DNA from: Azolla caroliniana
Taxonomy: Eukaryota > Plantae > Polypodiophyta
DNA: 64,000 nucleotides
NCBI GenBank assembly: GCA_043228905.1
Contig: JBHGNT010000003.1
Coordinates: forward strand, 6,138,001-6,202,000
Reading direction: 5' to 3'
Made by a program: the position numbers and the translations under genes. Shown here piece after piece: positions 36,344 to 49,050 of this stretch; within the stretch, counting starts at the first letter, position 1, and each line of letters opens with the position of its first letter. Below the pieces are notes generated by a model that worked only from the letters and a program-made list of their open reading frames with translations, did no database searches and was not told the DNA's origin.

Positions 36344-37340
36344 TAAACCATTCCCTTTTCGTAAGTAAACATTTATATTCAAGTGATTAAGCATACTAGG
36401 TTGAATTAAGTATGTGATTATGCATTGAGATTAGTCGGATTAGTATGATTCTGTATTGAGATTAGTAGGCTTAGGATGATTCTGTATTGAGATTAGTAGG
36501 CTTAGGATAAACCATTCCCTTTTCGTAAGTAAAACATTTATATTCAAGTGATTAAGCATACTAGGTTGAATCACGACCTCTTAAGTGTGTGATTATGCAT
36601 TGAGATTAGTCGGATTAGTATGATTCTGTATTGAGATTAGTAGGCTTAGGATGATTTTGTATTGAGATTAGTAGGCTTAGGATAAACCATTCCCTTTTCG
36701 TAAGTAAAACATTTATATTCAAGTGATTAAGCATACTAGGTTGAATCACGACCTCTTAAGTGTGTGATTATGCATTGAGATTAGTCGGATTAGTATGATT
36801 CTGTATTGAGATTAGTAGGCTTAGGATGATTCTGTATTGAGATTAGTAGGCTTAGGATAAACCATTCCCTTTTCGTAAGTAAAACATTTATATTCAAGTG
36901 ATTAAGCATACTAGGTTGAATCACGACCTCTTAAGTGTGTGATTATGCATTGAGATTAGTCGGATTAGTATGATTCTGTATTGAGATTAGTAGGCTTAGG
37001 ATGATCATGCATTGAGATTAGTAGGCTTAGGATGATTCTGTATTGAGATTAGTAGGCTTAGGATGATCATGCATTGAGATTAGTAGGCTTAGGATGATTC
37101 TGTATTGAGATTAGTAGGCTTAGGATGATTCTGTATTGAGATTAGTAGGCTTAGGATGATTATGCATTGAGATTAGTAGGAGTAGGATGATTATGCATTG
37201 AGATTAGTCGGTTTAGGATGATTATGTATTGAGATTGGTAGGCTTAGGATGATTATGCATTGAGATTAGTAGGATTAGGATGATTATGTATTGAGAGTAG
37301 GCTTAGGATGATTATGTATTGAGATTAGTAGGCATAGGAT
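36344..37340. repeat. Higher-order tandem repeat: 164-175 bp units (starts 36344, 36508, 36683, 36858) containing 31 bp monomers, then a pure 31 bp array
   Basis: Monomer GAGATTAGTAGGCTTAGGATGATT(C/A)TGTATT; larger unit starts TAAACCATTCCCTTTTCGTAAG. Confidence 0.95.
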
Positions 37341-38593
37341 TAACAATCGACAACGGTTTGGTTTGAACCAAACCGAACTGCAAAACTACTGTTTAACGAT
37401 TTGGTTCAAGTTCAAGTTTTTTTAAACAATTCGGTTCGGTTTCAAGTGGTAGAAACTGTGGTTTAACCGTTTTTTTCTTTTTTTTAATTTGTAATTTTTT
37501 TAAATTTTATTTTAAATAATAAACAAGATTTAACAATCTTTTCATTTTCAAGTCTTATTCTCACATTTGAAGGCATATTGGACATGGATTTGGTCATTCA
37601 AGGGACCAACCAAATATATTCTCTTCAGATGGCTTTTACTACTACATGCAGCACTACCAGTAGGCCAGTCATTGAAAGGGGATGTGACAACTAGTCTTAG
37701 ACAATATTGTTATTGCGGTGACATGTAGGAAACTACCAAGCATGCTCTTTGGTCATGCTCAATAGCACAACAGGTATGGAATAAAGTTATCCCTTTATTC
37801 TTGACAATCAATGCATGTTGTCTCTTCTCTTGGGGATCAACGGTATGGGGGGTTCTCCATTCCAGTCTCCTATTGTATGTAGTAGATGATGCTCTGGAGG
37901 CTATGACAATCATCAACAAACATCTAATTACTGTCTCCCCTTTCCAACAACCTCGTAAGAAAATGTGTGCAGTCCATGTATGGTAAAGAATATCTACGGT
38001 TACATTATGGATATTATGGAAGTATCGTTGTAAAAGACGATATGAGTTCATAATTCCTCTTCTCTCAAATATATTGCCGGAATTATGGGGGAGCTTATTG
38101 GCGGTTGTGTGGGGGCAATATGTTAGGCTCTTCAGAGGTTGTTCTGAAGAAAATGAAAAATTTACTGCAATTATGGAGGAAGTTGTCTTTGTTCACAGTC
38201 TCCTCTAAATGACCGTTATGGAGATATCAACACCCATGGTCCTTGCCCTAACCATTTCTTTTGTATATAATACTCTTTGATTCTACATTTTTGTAGCCCT
38301 CTGTCACTTCTCTTAAAACTAATGAAGGAAAGCTTTTTTTGAAAAAAAGAGAGAGTCTTATTCTCACATTTTAGGAAAATCTTTGAAGATTTAAAATTTA
38401 AAATAATAAAATATTTTAAATTTTGACCTAAGTTGAAAATGGAAATTGTGGTTTTAACAGTTTAATGGTTTAACCATTTGAATTTTCTTAAACGATTCGG
38501 TTTTAATGGTTTCTAGTTTGGTTCTAGTTTCAAAATATCTAAACAGTTCGGTTTTGACACTCTCAAACTGAACCGAACTATTGCCGATTGTTA
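37341..38593. mobile_element. Non-autonomous hAT-type element inserted in the 31 bp array
   Basis: Imperfect 18 bp TIRs TAACAATCGACAACGGTT / AACTATTGCCGATTGTTA, AACCGAA/TTCGGTT subterminal repeats, 8 bp TSD CATAGGAT/CTTACGAT derived from monomer CTTAGGAT. The array resumes after 38594. Confidence 0.85.
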
Positions 38594-38629
38594 CTTACGA
38601 TGATTATGTATTGAGATTAGTATGCATTA

Positions 38630-39050
38630 TGAGTATATTTTACTTGTCGCGCCAACACTAGAGTAGACTTTGTTTCAGGCTAGGAGATTAGGATCTAGGT
38701 TAGTTAGGCAAGGTTAATTAGAAAACACGTGGATTGAGTCACAACCTCTTAATAAGTGTGTGGTTATCTATTAAAATTAGTAGGCATGAGGAATGGATCA
38801 TACTCGTAGTGCCAACACAAGAGTAGACTTTGTGTCGGATCCATAGACTTAGGATGTAGGTTAGTTAGGCAAGGGTAACTAGAAGAACGTGCTCGATTGA
38901 GTCATGACTCACAACCTCGTAAATGCGTGATTATGTATTGAGATTAATAGGCTCCAGATTGGAGCGTATTGGTCTCGCCAACAATAGATTAGACTTTGTT
39001 TTGGCCCAATAGACTTGGGAGCTCGGTTAGTTAGGCAAGGCTAACTAGAA
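38630..39050. repeat. Diverged ~165 bp tandem repeat (about 3 copies) related to the 175 bp unit
   Basis: GCCAACA..GAGTAGACTTTGT..GGTTAGTTAGGCAAGG repeated; shares TCACAACCTC..GTGATTATGTATTGAGATT with the upstream array. Confidence 0.75.
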
Positions 39051-39799
39051 CATTTCAAGGCTCAAACCTTTCAGTTGAGTTTTTTGTAAACGTTCATGTC
39101 TCATGAATACCCATATGAAGCATGTTAAGAATTAGGTAAGTAATTAAGCAAGGGTTAATTAGTACCTAATTATATGATGTAGTTAAGCTGAGCAGAAGAT
39201 TAAGTTATATGTGTGTGAGAGGGAGAGAGAGAGAGAGAGAGAGAGAGGAAGATACACTTATAAACAACACGAGATGGGGGGATGAGTAACTATATTAGAA
39301 AGCATCATCAAATACAAAAATACCTACCATGAGGTATTATAGATCTCATGTGCAACGGTGCAAATGTGTGAGGAGAATGTAGGTATAAAGGTGTAAGTCC
39401 TATATTAAATGTACTCGAGAGTGGAGGATCTAGAATATCCCACTTAAGTACAAGGTCTTATTTAAGGCGTTGTACTCAACACTTCTAACTAGATTCTATC
39501 TAGGTAACTACGAAGTTACATGGTTGACTAACTAACTAAACTAAGTTGAGCTTGATCTCTCAGCAAAGCATAAATAGAGACTATTAATATGAGAACCATA
39601 CTAGAGATCTAAGTCACGTAAATGATGTGGTGTGAACAAACACCCCCAAATATGCTTCAATTCGAGAGATAAGTGCTAAAAAGTAATGTAGCTATGAAAC
39701 CCCTCTTGTTAGCAACAAGAGTAATTGCCTAGGAGTTGTCATGTGACAAGAGAACCAACTAGAGCGACTTAGGCATGATTAGTTGGAGTTGGAAAATCA

Positions 39800-42150
39800 A
39801 CCAAATTTGATTTAGGAACCCTTGGAGCTTAGATTGAGTGTCATTCAAATTTTCAAACAAACTAACATGAGGTTCCAATAGTCCCTCTCCCTTGGAACTA
39901 GATGCAGATGCATGAGGGGCTATTCACTTTTGGGTTCTTGATTATCAACTTGCAATCACTAGCACACTTTACCAAGTTGTTGAGGTTGTTGCAATAAGAA
40001 TGCCATGACTTCCTTTCTTTGTCTTAGAGCATACTAGGACAAGGTAATGACTTTTGGTTCAAATTGTTGTGAACCTATAAGAAAACAAAGGAATTCCTGA
40101 AATATTAGCAAGAGATCTCACATAATCAATAATAAAGAATAAAGTAGAATGCAACCAACCAATATATGCAACAAGCTCCCCAAAGGCTTACGACAAGCAT
40201 TGAAATGGATTTCTTTGACAATGATGAAGTGCTTCAATGTATAGGTCTTGAACTAGATTAGCAATTAGAATTATGCCACTCCAAAGGATAAAATTACACC
40301 ATGTGTTGCACATGTATGCAAGTTTTGGAGTGTTCCGGAACCAAGTCTATAAACAACTATGTATATAGGAAAAGAGAATCGTGCATGTTCAAGTGTTGTT
40401 TTGTGCAACTATCTTTTACTTTCATGTAACGACCATCGACCATTGTTGTATGTATGTGTATAATACTCATATGCTCATCACAGATTTTCAATATATGGGC
40501 TACAACAATACACAAAGTAGACAATATCCACCATACAATTGAATTCAAAGTTAAGGTTTATTTTTCCAACAAGAGGCATGATGATCCAAGTACCGTTATT
40601 GATAAATTAATGGTTTATTATATACATTATGGCAATTGTCACTTGATTAAACTCAAACTTCATCATTAGGTGAGCACTGAGTGTTGGATCATAACAAATT
40701 AAATGCATTGGAATGATTGATCGTTATTGGTAATATGGCACCAACATGCTTTAGTCCTTGATTTCCTACTATAGTTCCCAACCTTTTCTATGAGGTAACC
40801 TATTATTTATGACCAACATTGAGTTCCTACATACTTGGCTTTGAAAATATCAAAAATCTTCAAGCAAATGTATGATCTTCCAACTTGCTAGGTATGATTT
40901 CATGCAACCCAATGCAAGTGCAACATTTACTCTTTCTTTGATGATGTACATGGGAGTGCATGAACTTACTAATTAAGTGATTCCTTTATCCATAAACATA
41001 ATAATTTATTTATTGTACTATTTCAAGTCAAGGAATGACCTTCCCATGACCAAGATGATGGGATGACTTCGCTTTTTCTAGTGGTTCAATGCCCTCCATG
41101 CCCTCTACTTAGAGCATATAAACATATCATATTGCCATAACACCATTGTTTTATATTTAGACCATTCTTATTGCAAACATGACTTGATCCCTTCAATCAT
41201 GCCTTGTCTACTTTGTTGACCTCTTTGATGGTTAACCTAGTCAATAGTTCAACACGCCTTCAAACTATCACTCTTTGCTCACTTTCTACTTTTTGTGGAG
41301 AGTTGGTTCATGCACCCCATCCTATACTTGGTACCTTTAACATGCTCAACAATTTGCTAAGAAGAGTTTTGTACATTCAAGTCGTGCATTCGGTTTTGGA
41401 AGAGTCAATGTGGAATGATGGCTAGCAAAGAAAAGAAGTAGTGTTCAGTGTACATGACTTGTGGAGGACTATTCAAATGCACAATCATAAATAACTCCTT
41501 GAAGGAGGGTGGGTTGATAATTGATTGGTCAAATGATTCTTATTCTAGAACTGAAACATTCTCAATGTCTTCTAATGACATAAAACAACCAAAGTCTGGC
41601 TAATGAATGGTAATTGATTTATGCTACACACTTAGTTGAGGTACTTCCCGAACTTGATGGACTCTATTGTCTAAGGAAACTTGTGCAAATGTTGAGTACT
41701 ATTCCGACACGAGACAAATAGTTGGGTTTGTTGAGAGAAAATGCAAGGTGCTCATAACCAAGCGTGCTAGATGCTAAGTTGTGGTGTGACACTTCAAGCA
41801 CCCATACTCCCTCATAACGTGGAGATGTAAGCACATGAGCTTATGCAATATTTGCATATGATGGTTGAAGTGCCCCATAAGAACAAGGTTTGCATGACAT
41901 GCAAGCCACATCAGAAATGTTTCCCACACTTAAGTCTACATTGACCTTTGCATGAAGGTGGTGACAAAAGTGTTATAAACACATATATGTTCATCATTTG
42001 TGAAGTCAATGGGGATGGGGACATGCAACCTCCTCGTTGCGAAAAAGACATAGACAAAAAGGATCCACATGGGGCTCTTTACATACTTCATCAAGAGATT
42101 GACACAATGTGTATATACATTATCACAACACATTCAAACTTAGGGTGAAT
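39800..42150. mobile_element. Heavily decayed TE-like sequence, possibly retroelement gag/protease pieces
   Basis: CpG-depleted coding-like composition and a weak protease-like IILxxGRxFL motif on the minus strand near 41040. Not assignable with confidence. Confidence 0.25.
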
Positions 42151-42879
42151 GCCTTATCTAAGGACCATGCATTCCAAAAAGTCATAGCTATATATATGTA
42201 TGTATATACTATATTTAGAGGTATGCGACAACTAACGAATAAGACTGACATGTATATGGATTGTTTTGGCTAGTTGATGGAAATGGAACATAATCAATGA
42301 GAGAAGGGAACGTCAAGCTAGTCGCAAGGAGAGCAAAAGCAAAAACGTAAGCTCGCACCCACCTACCCACCCACCAAAAAGGCGGCGGAAAAGAAGCATT
42401 CCGAGTACGGAGAAGGACTCTTGTAGAAAACCAGCTACCGCATCTAATGGCAGGCAAAAAGGCATGCCACACCCCCGCGGTTCGCCATTTAATGTAAATG
42501 GCCGGGCAGGTGGAGTAAATACAAAACAAAACGTGGCCGAGTCAGGTGAGGGGCCGAGAGGCGAAAAAAACATGAAGTTTGTGTGGATCCATCCATCCAT
42601 GTGCTCTTGATTTGATGTAAGATAGAAGGGAAGGCCCAAACAAGTTATAACTTATAGCATGGGCCATGGGATAAGAGAAGAAGATTGATTTTGGATCTCA
42701 CACATAACACACATTATTAAAAAGGTAGTTTGGAATTTATTTTTTAAGGGTCCATTTACATACATGCATATGCCATACACATGGGGGGGGGGGGGGGGGG
42801 GGGCTTCTTTACTTCTTCTGCTTTTTAAGATCATTTCTACCTTCACTTTTCTTTATCTTCCTTTTCTCCTCATGATTGT

Positions 42880-43115
42880 AAGTAATTAAATAAGTAAATA
42901 AAAATAAATAAATAAATAAATAATAGACAAATCAACAGGTAAACAAATAAGCAAACAGGTAGATAAATAAGTAACCAATTATAAATAAATACAAAAGTAA
43001 GTAGACAAATATATAAGTTAAAATAACCAAGTAAATAAATAAGTAGACAAATAAATATATAAGTAACTAAATAAATAAGTAAATAAATGAATAAGTAAAC
43101 AAACAAATAAATAAA
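42880..43115. repeat. Degenerate (AAAT)n low-complexity tract
   Basis: Direct inspection; the ORF at 42870-43106 is an artefact of it. Confidence 0.9.
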
Positions 43116-43219
43116 CTCAGTGAATGTGTTACCCCAGATTAAGGGTCCATTTACACATGGCTTCCTTAATTTTCCTCATTATTTCACTGTGCAATTAATT
43201 TTTGAAGTCTTCATTTTTC

Positions 43220-43610
43220 TGCCCTAATTCCTTCTCCTGCAAACCTTAATCATCCCCTTCTCAACCCTAGAATTTACCCCCACCTTTTTCCTGCAAACCC
43301 TAATCATCCCCTTCTCAACCCTAGAATCTACCCCCACCTTTTTCCTGCAAACCCTAATGGTTTACTTATTTTCTTTCTTTCCTGGAAAGCCCTAATTCCC
43401 CCCATTTGAGCCCCGCTTTCCAGTCGAAACCCTAATTTCTTTTCCTGCAAACCCTAATTTCTTGTGAATTCTTCTTTTCTGCGCAAAACCCCTAATTCTT
43501 TGCCAGCAGCCCTAATTTTCAAATGTTCTTTTTTCTCTCTTCAAAGAGACCTAATATTTGCTGCAAAATTCAGCTTTTTCTGTAGTTTTCTTTGCTGAGA
43601 ACCCTAATTT
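43220..43610 (+). promoter_or_regulatory. Telo-box (AAACCCTAA) cluster in promoter/5'UTR of the DnaJ gene
   Basis: Exact AAACCCTAA at 43295, 43349, 43427, 43449 plus about 6 variants, partly produced by a 54 bp tandem repeat (43237, 43291, 43345). Confidence 0.7.
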
Positions 43611-43807
43611 CTTCTTCTTCTTAGTATACATCAATATCGATCTGCCAACTGATCTGACCTCAGACGACTACGCAACGACGAAACAGAAGCTGAAACAAAG
43701 GAGGAGGAGGAAGAAGAAGAAGACAGAAGACAGAAGATCCAGCAATAGAGATTCTTTATGTTCTTTTTAAGGATTTAGTTAAGGTATTCTTCTCCTTCTG
43801 AGATGCC

Positions 43808-46204
43808 ATGGAGTGTAACAGAGAGGAAGCAGAACGAGCTCGAGAGATGGCCGAGGAGAAGTTCCTATTAAAAGATTACATCTCTGCAAAGAAATTCGCA
43901 GAGAGAGCACAGCAACTGTACCCATCACTAGAGAACATAGAGCAAATCATTGCTGTAATAGATGTCCACGTGGCATCACTAAAGAGGATCGGACCTTCTT
44001 CTTCTTCTTCCTCTTTGTTTGCAGACAAAGATTGGTATCAGATCTTGCAGATCGAACCCGATGCAAACGATGAATCAGTGAAGAAACAATATAGGAAGCT
44101 TGCTCTGTTTCTTCACCCTGATAAGAACAAAGCCATGGGGGCTGAATCAGCTTTTAAACTCATTGGTGAGGCTTTACAAGTGCTTTCTGACAAGTCCAAA
44201 CGAGTCATATATGATGCTAAAAGGAACAAATCTCACAATCGTGTCAATGGAAACTTGTCTTCATCATCGTCATCATCATCATCAACAACAACAACTTTTT
44301 GTTCTTCAACAAAGGTTTTCGTGAATAATCAGGTAAGTTCTCCACCTATTCAAGCTGCAGTTCATCTCTTCACGTTCTGGACTGTGTGCACTTCATGCCA
44401 AATGAGGTACCAATACTACAGAAAGTATGAGAATCAGAACTTGCTCTGTCCTCAGTGTAGAAAACCTTTCATTGCGAAAGATTTGTCAGATGTTCTGAAC
44501 GTTAATGTGACTCATGCATTTCCTCCTCATGTGCCTCCTCTTGTAGGAGGAATAGTTGGAGAATTATCATCTAATTTAGGGTTTCCTTATATAACTAGCA
44601 ATTTTGGAACTGGGGCCGGACTCACGTTCTTCAATAGTAGCTTATATGCCAGCCATCCTTCAATGATGATGAATCACCTTGACCATCTTTCAATGAACCT
44701 TGGCCAACGGTCGGCAAATCTTGATCATCATTCAATGAACCTTGGCCATCGATCGGGGAATCTCGGCCATCTTTTGGGTGACCCCGGCCTTCAATCAATG
44801 AATCTCAGCCATGATTCAACGAATCTTAGCTATAGATCGATGGATGGTAATGATAATGGCTGTTCAGGTGGTGGGAGTAAAGGTGAGCCCGAGAAAGAAC
44901 CTTTTCAAAAGATGAATGAACTTCGGAAGGCTCGAGAAATCCAGAAAGATATGATCAAGAAAGCCAAGGTTGCTGAGAAGACACAAGAGGCTCTATTTAC
45001 AGCACATGCTTGGTCTAAATTGAAGAAAAAAGTGGCCAAAAAACGAAAAAATGATGACAATTTCAGTAGTGAATCTGAGGAGGAAGAATGTGAGAACGGG
45101 AAACTGTCTTCTTATAAATATAAGAAGAGTGCCATCTATAATGGAAGCAAAATTGATGAAGATATGCATGAATTTAATCTGAGCAAGAAACTGAAAGTTG
45201 AGATAGATTCCATGAATGTGAAGCTGAGCTTTAAAGATGTGGATATGACCAAAAAGCTCATAGACCTCGCAAAAAACACTATTAGAATGCAACTCAAGTT
45301 GCAAGCAAGCAAGACTACTACAGCTGCTGCTAATATCAGCAACAGTACTATAACCACTGATAATGCTGATGTTACTAATACTAATACTACAATAGTTTTA
45401 CCTCCTCTTCCTAAGAAACCTCGTGAAAAAGTCATGGGGATAATCGTAGAGAAGAAAATTCGTCCCTCGGATAGGGTTTTACCTAGCTTCATGGTGCCTG
45501 ATGCAGACTTCCATAACTTTGATGAAGGAAGGGAAGAGAAGGATGTGGAGGTTGGTCAGATATGGGCCTTGTATGACGAGAAGGATGGTTTTCCAAGATA
45601 CTATGTGAAGGTAAAGGAGGTGCGATCCCGAACCCCTTTCAAGGTCCTTGTTGGATGGTTTGAGTTGCGAAAGCGTTCTGAAGATATTTCTGAGTTGTTG
45701 GATATGGGCTTTTCCTTCACATGTGGGGAGTTTAGAATCTCATCCAGTCAAGTGATGGATAGTGTGAACTCTTTCTCGCATATTGTGAAGTGGGAAAAGG
45801 GCAGTTGTAAAGGTATGGTGAAGATTTACCCAAAGAAAGGTGAGGTTTGGGTCATTTATGAGGATTGGGAGGAAGGTCAACAGATTGTGAAGGTCACCCA
45901 CGGTTCTTTATTGAAGTATCATATGGTTGAGGTTTTGAATGATTGTGATGATGAAATGGGTATGAATGTGGTGAAGCTACAAAAAGTGAAAGGTTTTCGG
46001 ACAATTTTTGGGTTTGCTCATGAAAAGGTCTTGCATGTGCCCTTTGTGGAAATGAATAGATTCTCTCATCGGGTGCCTGCCTACAAGATGAGGGGTGATG
46101 AGGCTCCAGGCCTCCCGAAAGGATGTGTGGAGCTTGATCCTGCAGCAGTTCCTTTTAGTTTATTGGATCCAGATTCAGCAAATGGTGCCAAAAGTGGCAC
46201 TTGA
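43808..46204 (+). CDS. DnaJ (J-domain) protein with Zn-ribbon and C-terminal DUF3444 domain, 798 aa, intronless CDS
   Basis: MECNREEAERAR.. N-terminus, J domain with HPD (LFLHPDKNK), TFWTVCTSC..LLCPQC Zn-ribbon, VPDADFHNFD..GQIWALYDEKDGFPRYY..IYPKKGEVW..FSHRVP..ELDPAA DUF3444 signature. Confidence 0.95.
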   Translation: MECNREEAERAREMAEEKFLLKDYISAKKFAERAQQLYPSLENIEQIIAVIDVHVASLKRIGPSSSSSSLFADKDWYQILQIEPDANDESVKKQYRKLALFLHPDKNKAMGAESAFKLIGEALQVLSDKSKRVIYDAKRNKSHNRVNGNLSSSSSSSSSTTTTFCSSTKVFVNNQVSSPPIQAAVHLFTFWTVCTSCQMRYQYYRKYENQNLLCPQCRKPFIAKDLSDVLNVNVTHAFPPHVPPLVGGIVGELSSNLGFPYITSNFGTGAGLTFFNSSLYASHPSMMMNHLDHLSMNLGQRSANLDHHSMNLGHRSGNLGHLLGDPGLQSMNLSHDSTNLSYRSMDGNDNGCSGGGSKGEPEKEPFQKMNELRKAREIQKDMIKKAKVAEKTQEALFTAHAWSKLKKKVAKKRKNDDNFSSESEEEECENGKLSSYKYKKSAIYNGSKIDEDMHEFNLSKKLKVEIDSMNVKLSFKDVDMTKKLIDLAKNTIRMQLKLQASKTTTAAANISNSTITTDNADVTNTNTTIVLPPLPKKPREKVMGIIVEKKIRPSDRVLPSFMVPDADFHNFDEGREEKDVEVGQIWALYDEKDGFPRYYVKVKEVRSRTPFKVLVGWFELRKRSEDISELLDMGFSFTCGEFRISSSQVMDSVNSFSHIVKWEKGSCKGMVKIYPKKGEVWVIYEDWEEGQQIVKVTHGSLLKYHMVEVLNDCDDEMGMNVVKLQKVKGFRTIFGFAHEKVLHVPFVEMNRFSHRVPAYKMRGDEAPGLPKGCVELDPAAVPFSLLDPDSANGAKSGT

Positions 46205-47142
46205 ATGGCTGCATTTTAATCGGTGGTTTTACAGTCCCAATTTTTTATACGAGTTTGTGATAATGCCCTAATTATGGATTATAACTTCATTGAAGCTAAC
46301 TCAAATGACATCCAGGACATGGAATTGATTTATGTAAGTCCTTTTTCGAGCCCCATTGTCAGTGAGAGCAATGGGGATTATGCTAAATGCTTTGCTTGGC
46401 ATTGGCAAAATTTCATTATTCATTTGAGTTGAAGCTCTGCTGAAGTGAATGGGAATGGTGCAAAAGGACCGGCATCAACATCGCTGAAGTCATAGTAAAG
46501 TTTGATTGTTGAATGAAAGCCCATTAGGCCCAATCATCCATTCAGGTGTCAGATACTGCATGAAGAATATGTTTTATCAATTTTCTGAATGAAGACCCAT
46601 GAGGTTTTTAACCTTCTATTACTAACAGATGCAATACTCAAACAAGCTAGCCAGGACATTTGAGAGTAAGCGGCCACTCATAAATTGGGGTCTCTTGCCT
46701 TTGATTCTTCTGACCACTTTGTATAATAAGGAACCTTTTGTACATGTTTAGCATTGGGTGTTAGAATTGAGGCCTGCCTTGTGGAAAGCAGTGTGCTACC
46801 GCGCGCATTTCACTTGTATACTAGATCGGGTTTGTATGATTGTGTTCTTTTTATGACCTTTTCAAATTTTTAGGATGTGTTGTGAGCTCTTTCTTTTTAC
46901 CATTTCAAGGCCCGATAAATGGACTTGGGTGTTGAGTCTAAAGATCAACAATTTTACAACTTAAGGTATGTTGTGCATTAAAAATCAACCTGTCTTGCCA
47001 AATGATGAGAGGTCAAAGTTTGGATCCCACTTCCTGCAGGCTTCATGTGGCTGGGCATGTATGTGGATTTCATGCATTCATATTTGTCAAACTTAATATG
47101 TCAAACTTTTTGTTGTGTATGAAGAATGTGATTTGTTCTAGT

Positions 47143-47144
<2 letters not shown>

Positions 47145-47176
<32 letters not shown>
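47145..47176. repeat. (GT)n microsatellite
   Basis: Direct inspection. Confidence 0.95.
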
Positions 47177-47179
<3 letters not shown>

Positions 47180-49050
47180 GGGTTATGGTATAATCATCAC
47201 CTGTGAAATAAGAATCCTATCTAATTATTTCAAATAGGCTTTGGAATGATTTATGTTATGTTTCAATATTAGACATAATGATTTGATTATGTAGAGTAAT
47301 CATTGATATTAAATTAATTAACCCTAATTCATCCTTAGTAGCTTGCACATGTATTAATTATGTTATATATTCCAAGCGGCCTTCTGCATGTTGTTCTTTA
47401 ACATTAGTTTACGAATATGTTGCTTTTGTTCTTTAACAAAGTGTTTTTTCAGTGTTTTCATTGTGGACTCACACATTTGACATTGGTAATCATATCTTTA
47501 ACTTCCTATTGTTAAATACAGTTGATGAAATTAAAAATGCGTCCATCTCCACCAAAATGAATGTACATACCTATTTGATCAAACCAATTTGAGTGAAGAA
47601 ATCGAAGGATAGAAAGTTTGTTGTATGTGCTGAACATCAATGAACAAGATAAATGTCGTTACATTATATGCATGTATTAGTATGGTAATTTCGTGCATGT
47701 ATTTGACAGCCCATAGGAAGTTGTTACCAATTCTGTCATAAATAAACATATTGTACATCTTATGGTTGAAACTTGAAACTTTAGAATTATATGCAAGCAT
47801 ACCTTCAGGCAATAAGCCTGTTAATAATTCTAATGTTTCTGAAGTATATTATTTAGAGTGTATGTATGTAGTACACACACTTAATATATGTATACCTGCA
47901 CTTAATTCTCACATTATTAAGGTGAGATTTACACAGCATAATTTTAAGTGATTGTAAAATTTGTATATGTATGTATGTATATACTATGTATTATATTAAT
48001 AATGTGAATATTACAAGATTGATTAAGGGCCGTTTCTTGAAGGGGTAGATTGTCATTGGATGAATATGACCCAAGTGCGGGATCAAAGTGAAATATTTTC
48101 ATTCAGCATGCAGAGTTTTAAGCAAGAGTTTCACTGTTCATGAATATTATATCCCTTATGGGAGAAGGACTCTAGTTTTTATGGGCTCTACTAGTGGTTA
48201 ACATTCCATTTAAAGGATCCATACCAAATTGGGTGAACTTACTTGAGAAATTTGGTGTCATGGGTAGAAATCTTCCTAAGGATGTCTCATGAGTGTATAT
48301 TTCTTAATGACATCTAGGGCCCTTGATCAAGTTGAACAAACCTAGTTAAGGAAGTCAAGTTCTAATGCTAAGGCAATCTTGTGACTATATGTAAGCGGCA
48401 TCTCAACACATGATTAAATAATATAAGGTAAAATCAACCTAACGAAAGGCAAAATCAACAAAATCAAATGTAGGAAGGTTGGTTGACACCAAGAGTCAAG
48501 CCTATGCGTGACATGAACCATGGCTAACCAACTAACACTTTCGCATATGATACACATCCATCTAATAAGAATATCCTCGATACTATCACCTTGGAATGTA
48601 GTTGACTAAATATCCTTGATGAGATAAAGGCTTTGGAGAAAGAGATAGATATGTGATCCAACCAGTTGTTTCGTAGGTGGGGAACAATCACCATGAAAGA
48701 TGAAATCACAACTGCCATTATAGAACATAAGTTAGCACACAATGCTTGAAATAGGAGGCAAAGTTTGATAGATAATGGCCTAGTAGGACAAAAATAACCA
48801 AACCCACCTACATCGACACCTACATCAATGAGTGACTTGATTGATCCTCTAGGGAAAAAACCACCAAAAGATGACTTGATCTAGAGGAATGGTGAGCATC
48901 TAATAGGTGAACACAAATTCTAATAGGTATACATACTCAAAACTTTCTATAGGTTGGGTCCATGATGAAGACTTTCCAAACTCTTGAGTCCATGATGGAG
49001 TTCGAGAAAAAACACTCATTAGGTTGGGGTGATGTTAAACACCTATTGTA

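Noticed and set aside
36344-37340. CRISPR-like regularly spaced repeats
   Set aside because: Units are contiguous with no unique spacers, the context is eukaryotic and there are no cas genes; it is a tandem satellite.
28410-39100. Large Helitron enclosing the orphan exon and satellites
   Set aside because: No convincing 5' TC terminus or 3' hairpin-CTRR terminus could be identified by eye.
39360-39485. TRIM/Cassandra-like LTR
   Set aside because: Only vague similarity; no second LTR, PBS, PPT or 5S-like boxes recognisable.
42746-43156. 16 bp direct repeat TAAGGGTCCATTTACA around a poly-G and AT tract, as a MITE
   Set aside because: Repeats are direct, not inverted, and no matching opposite terminus was found.
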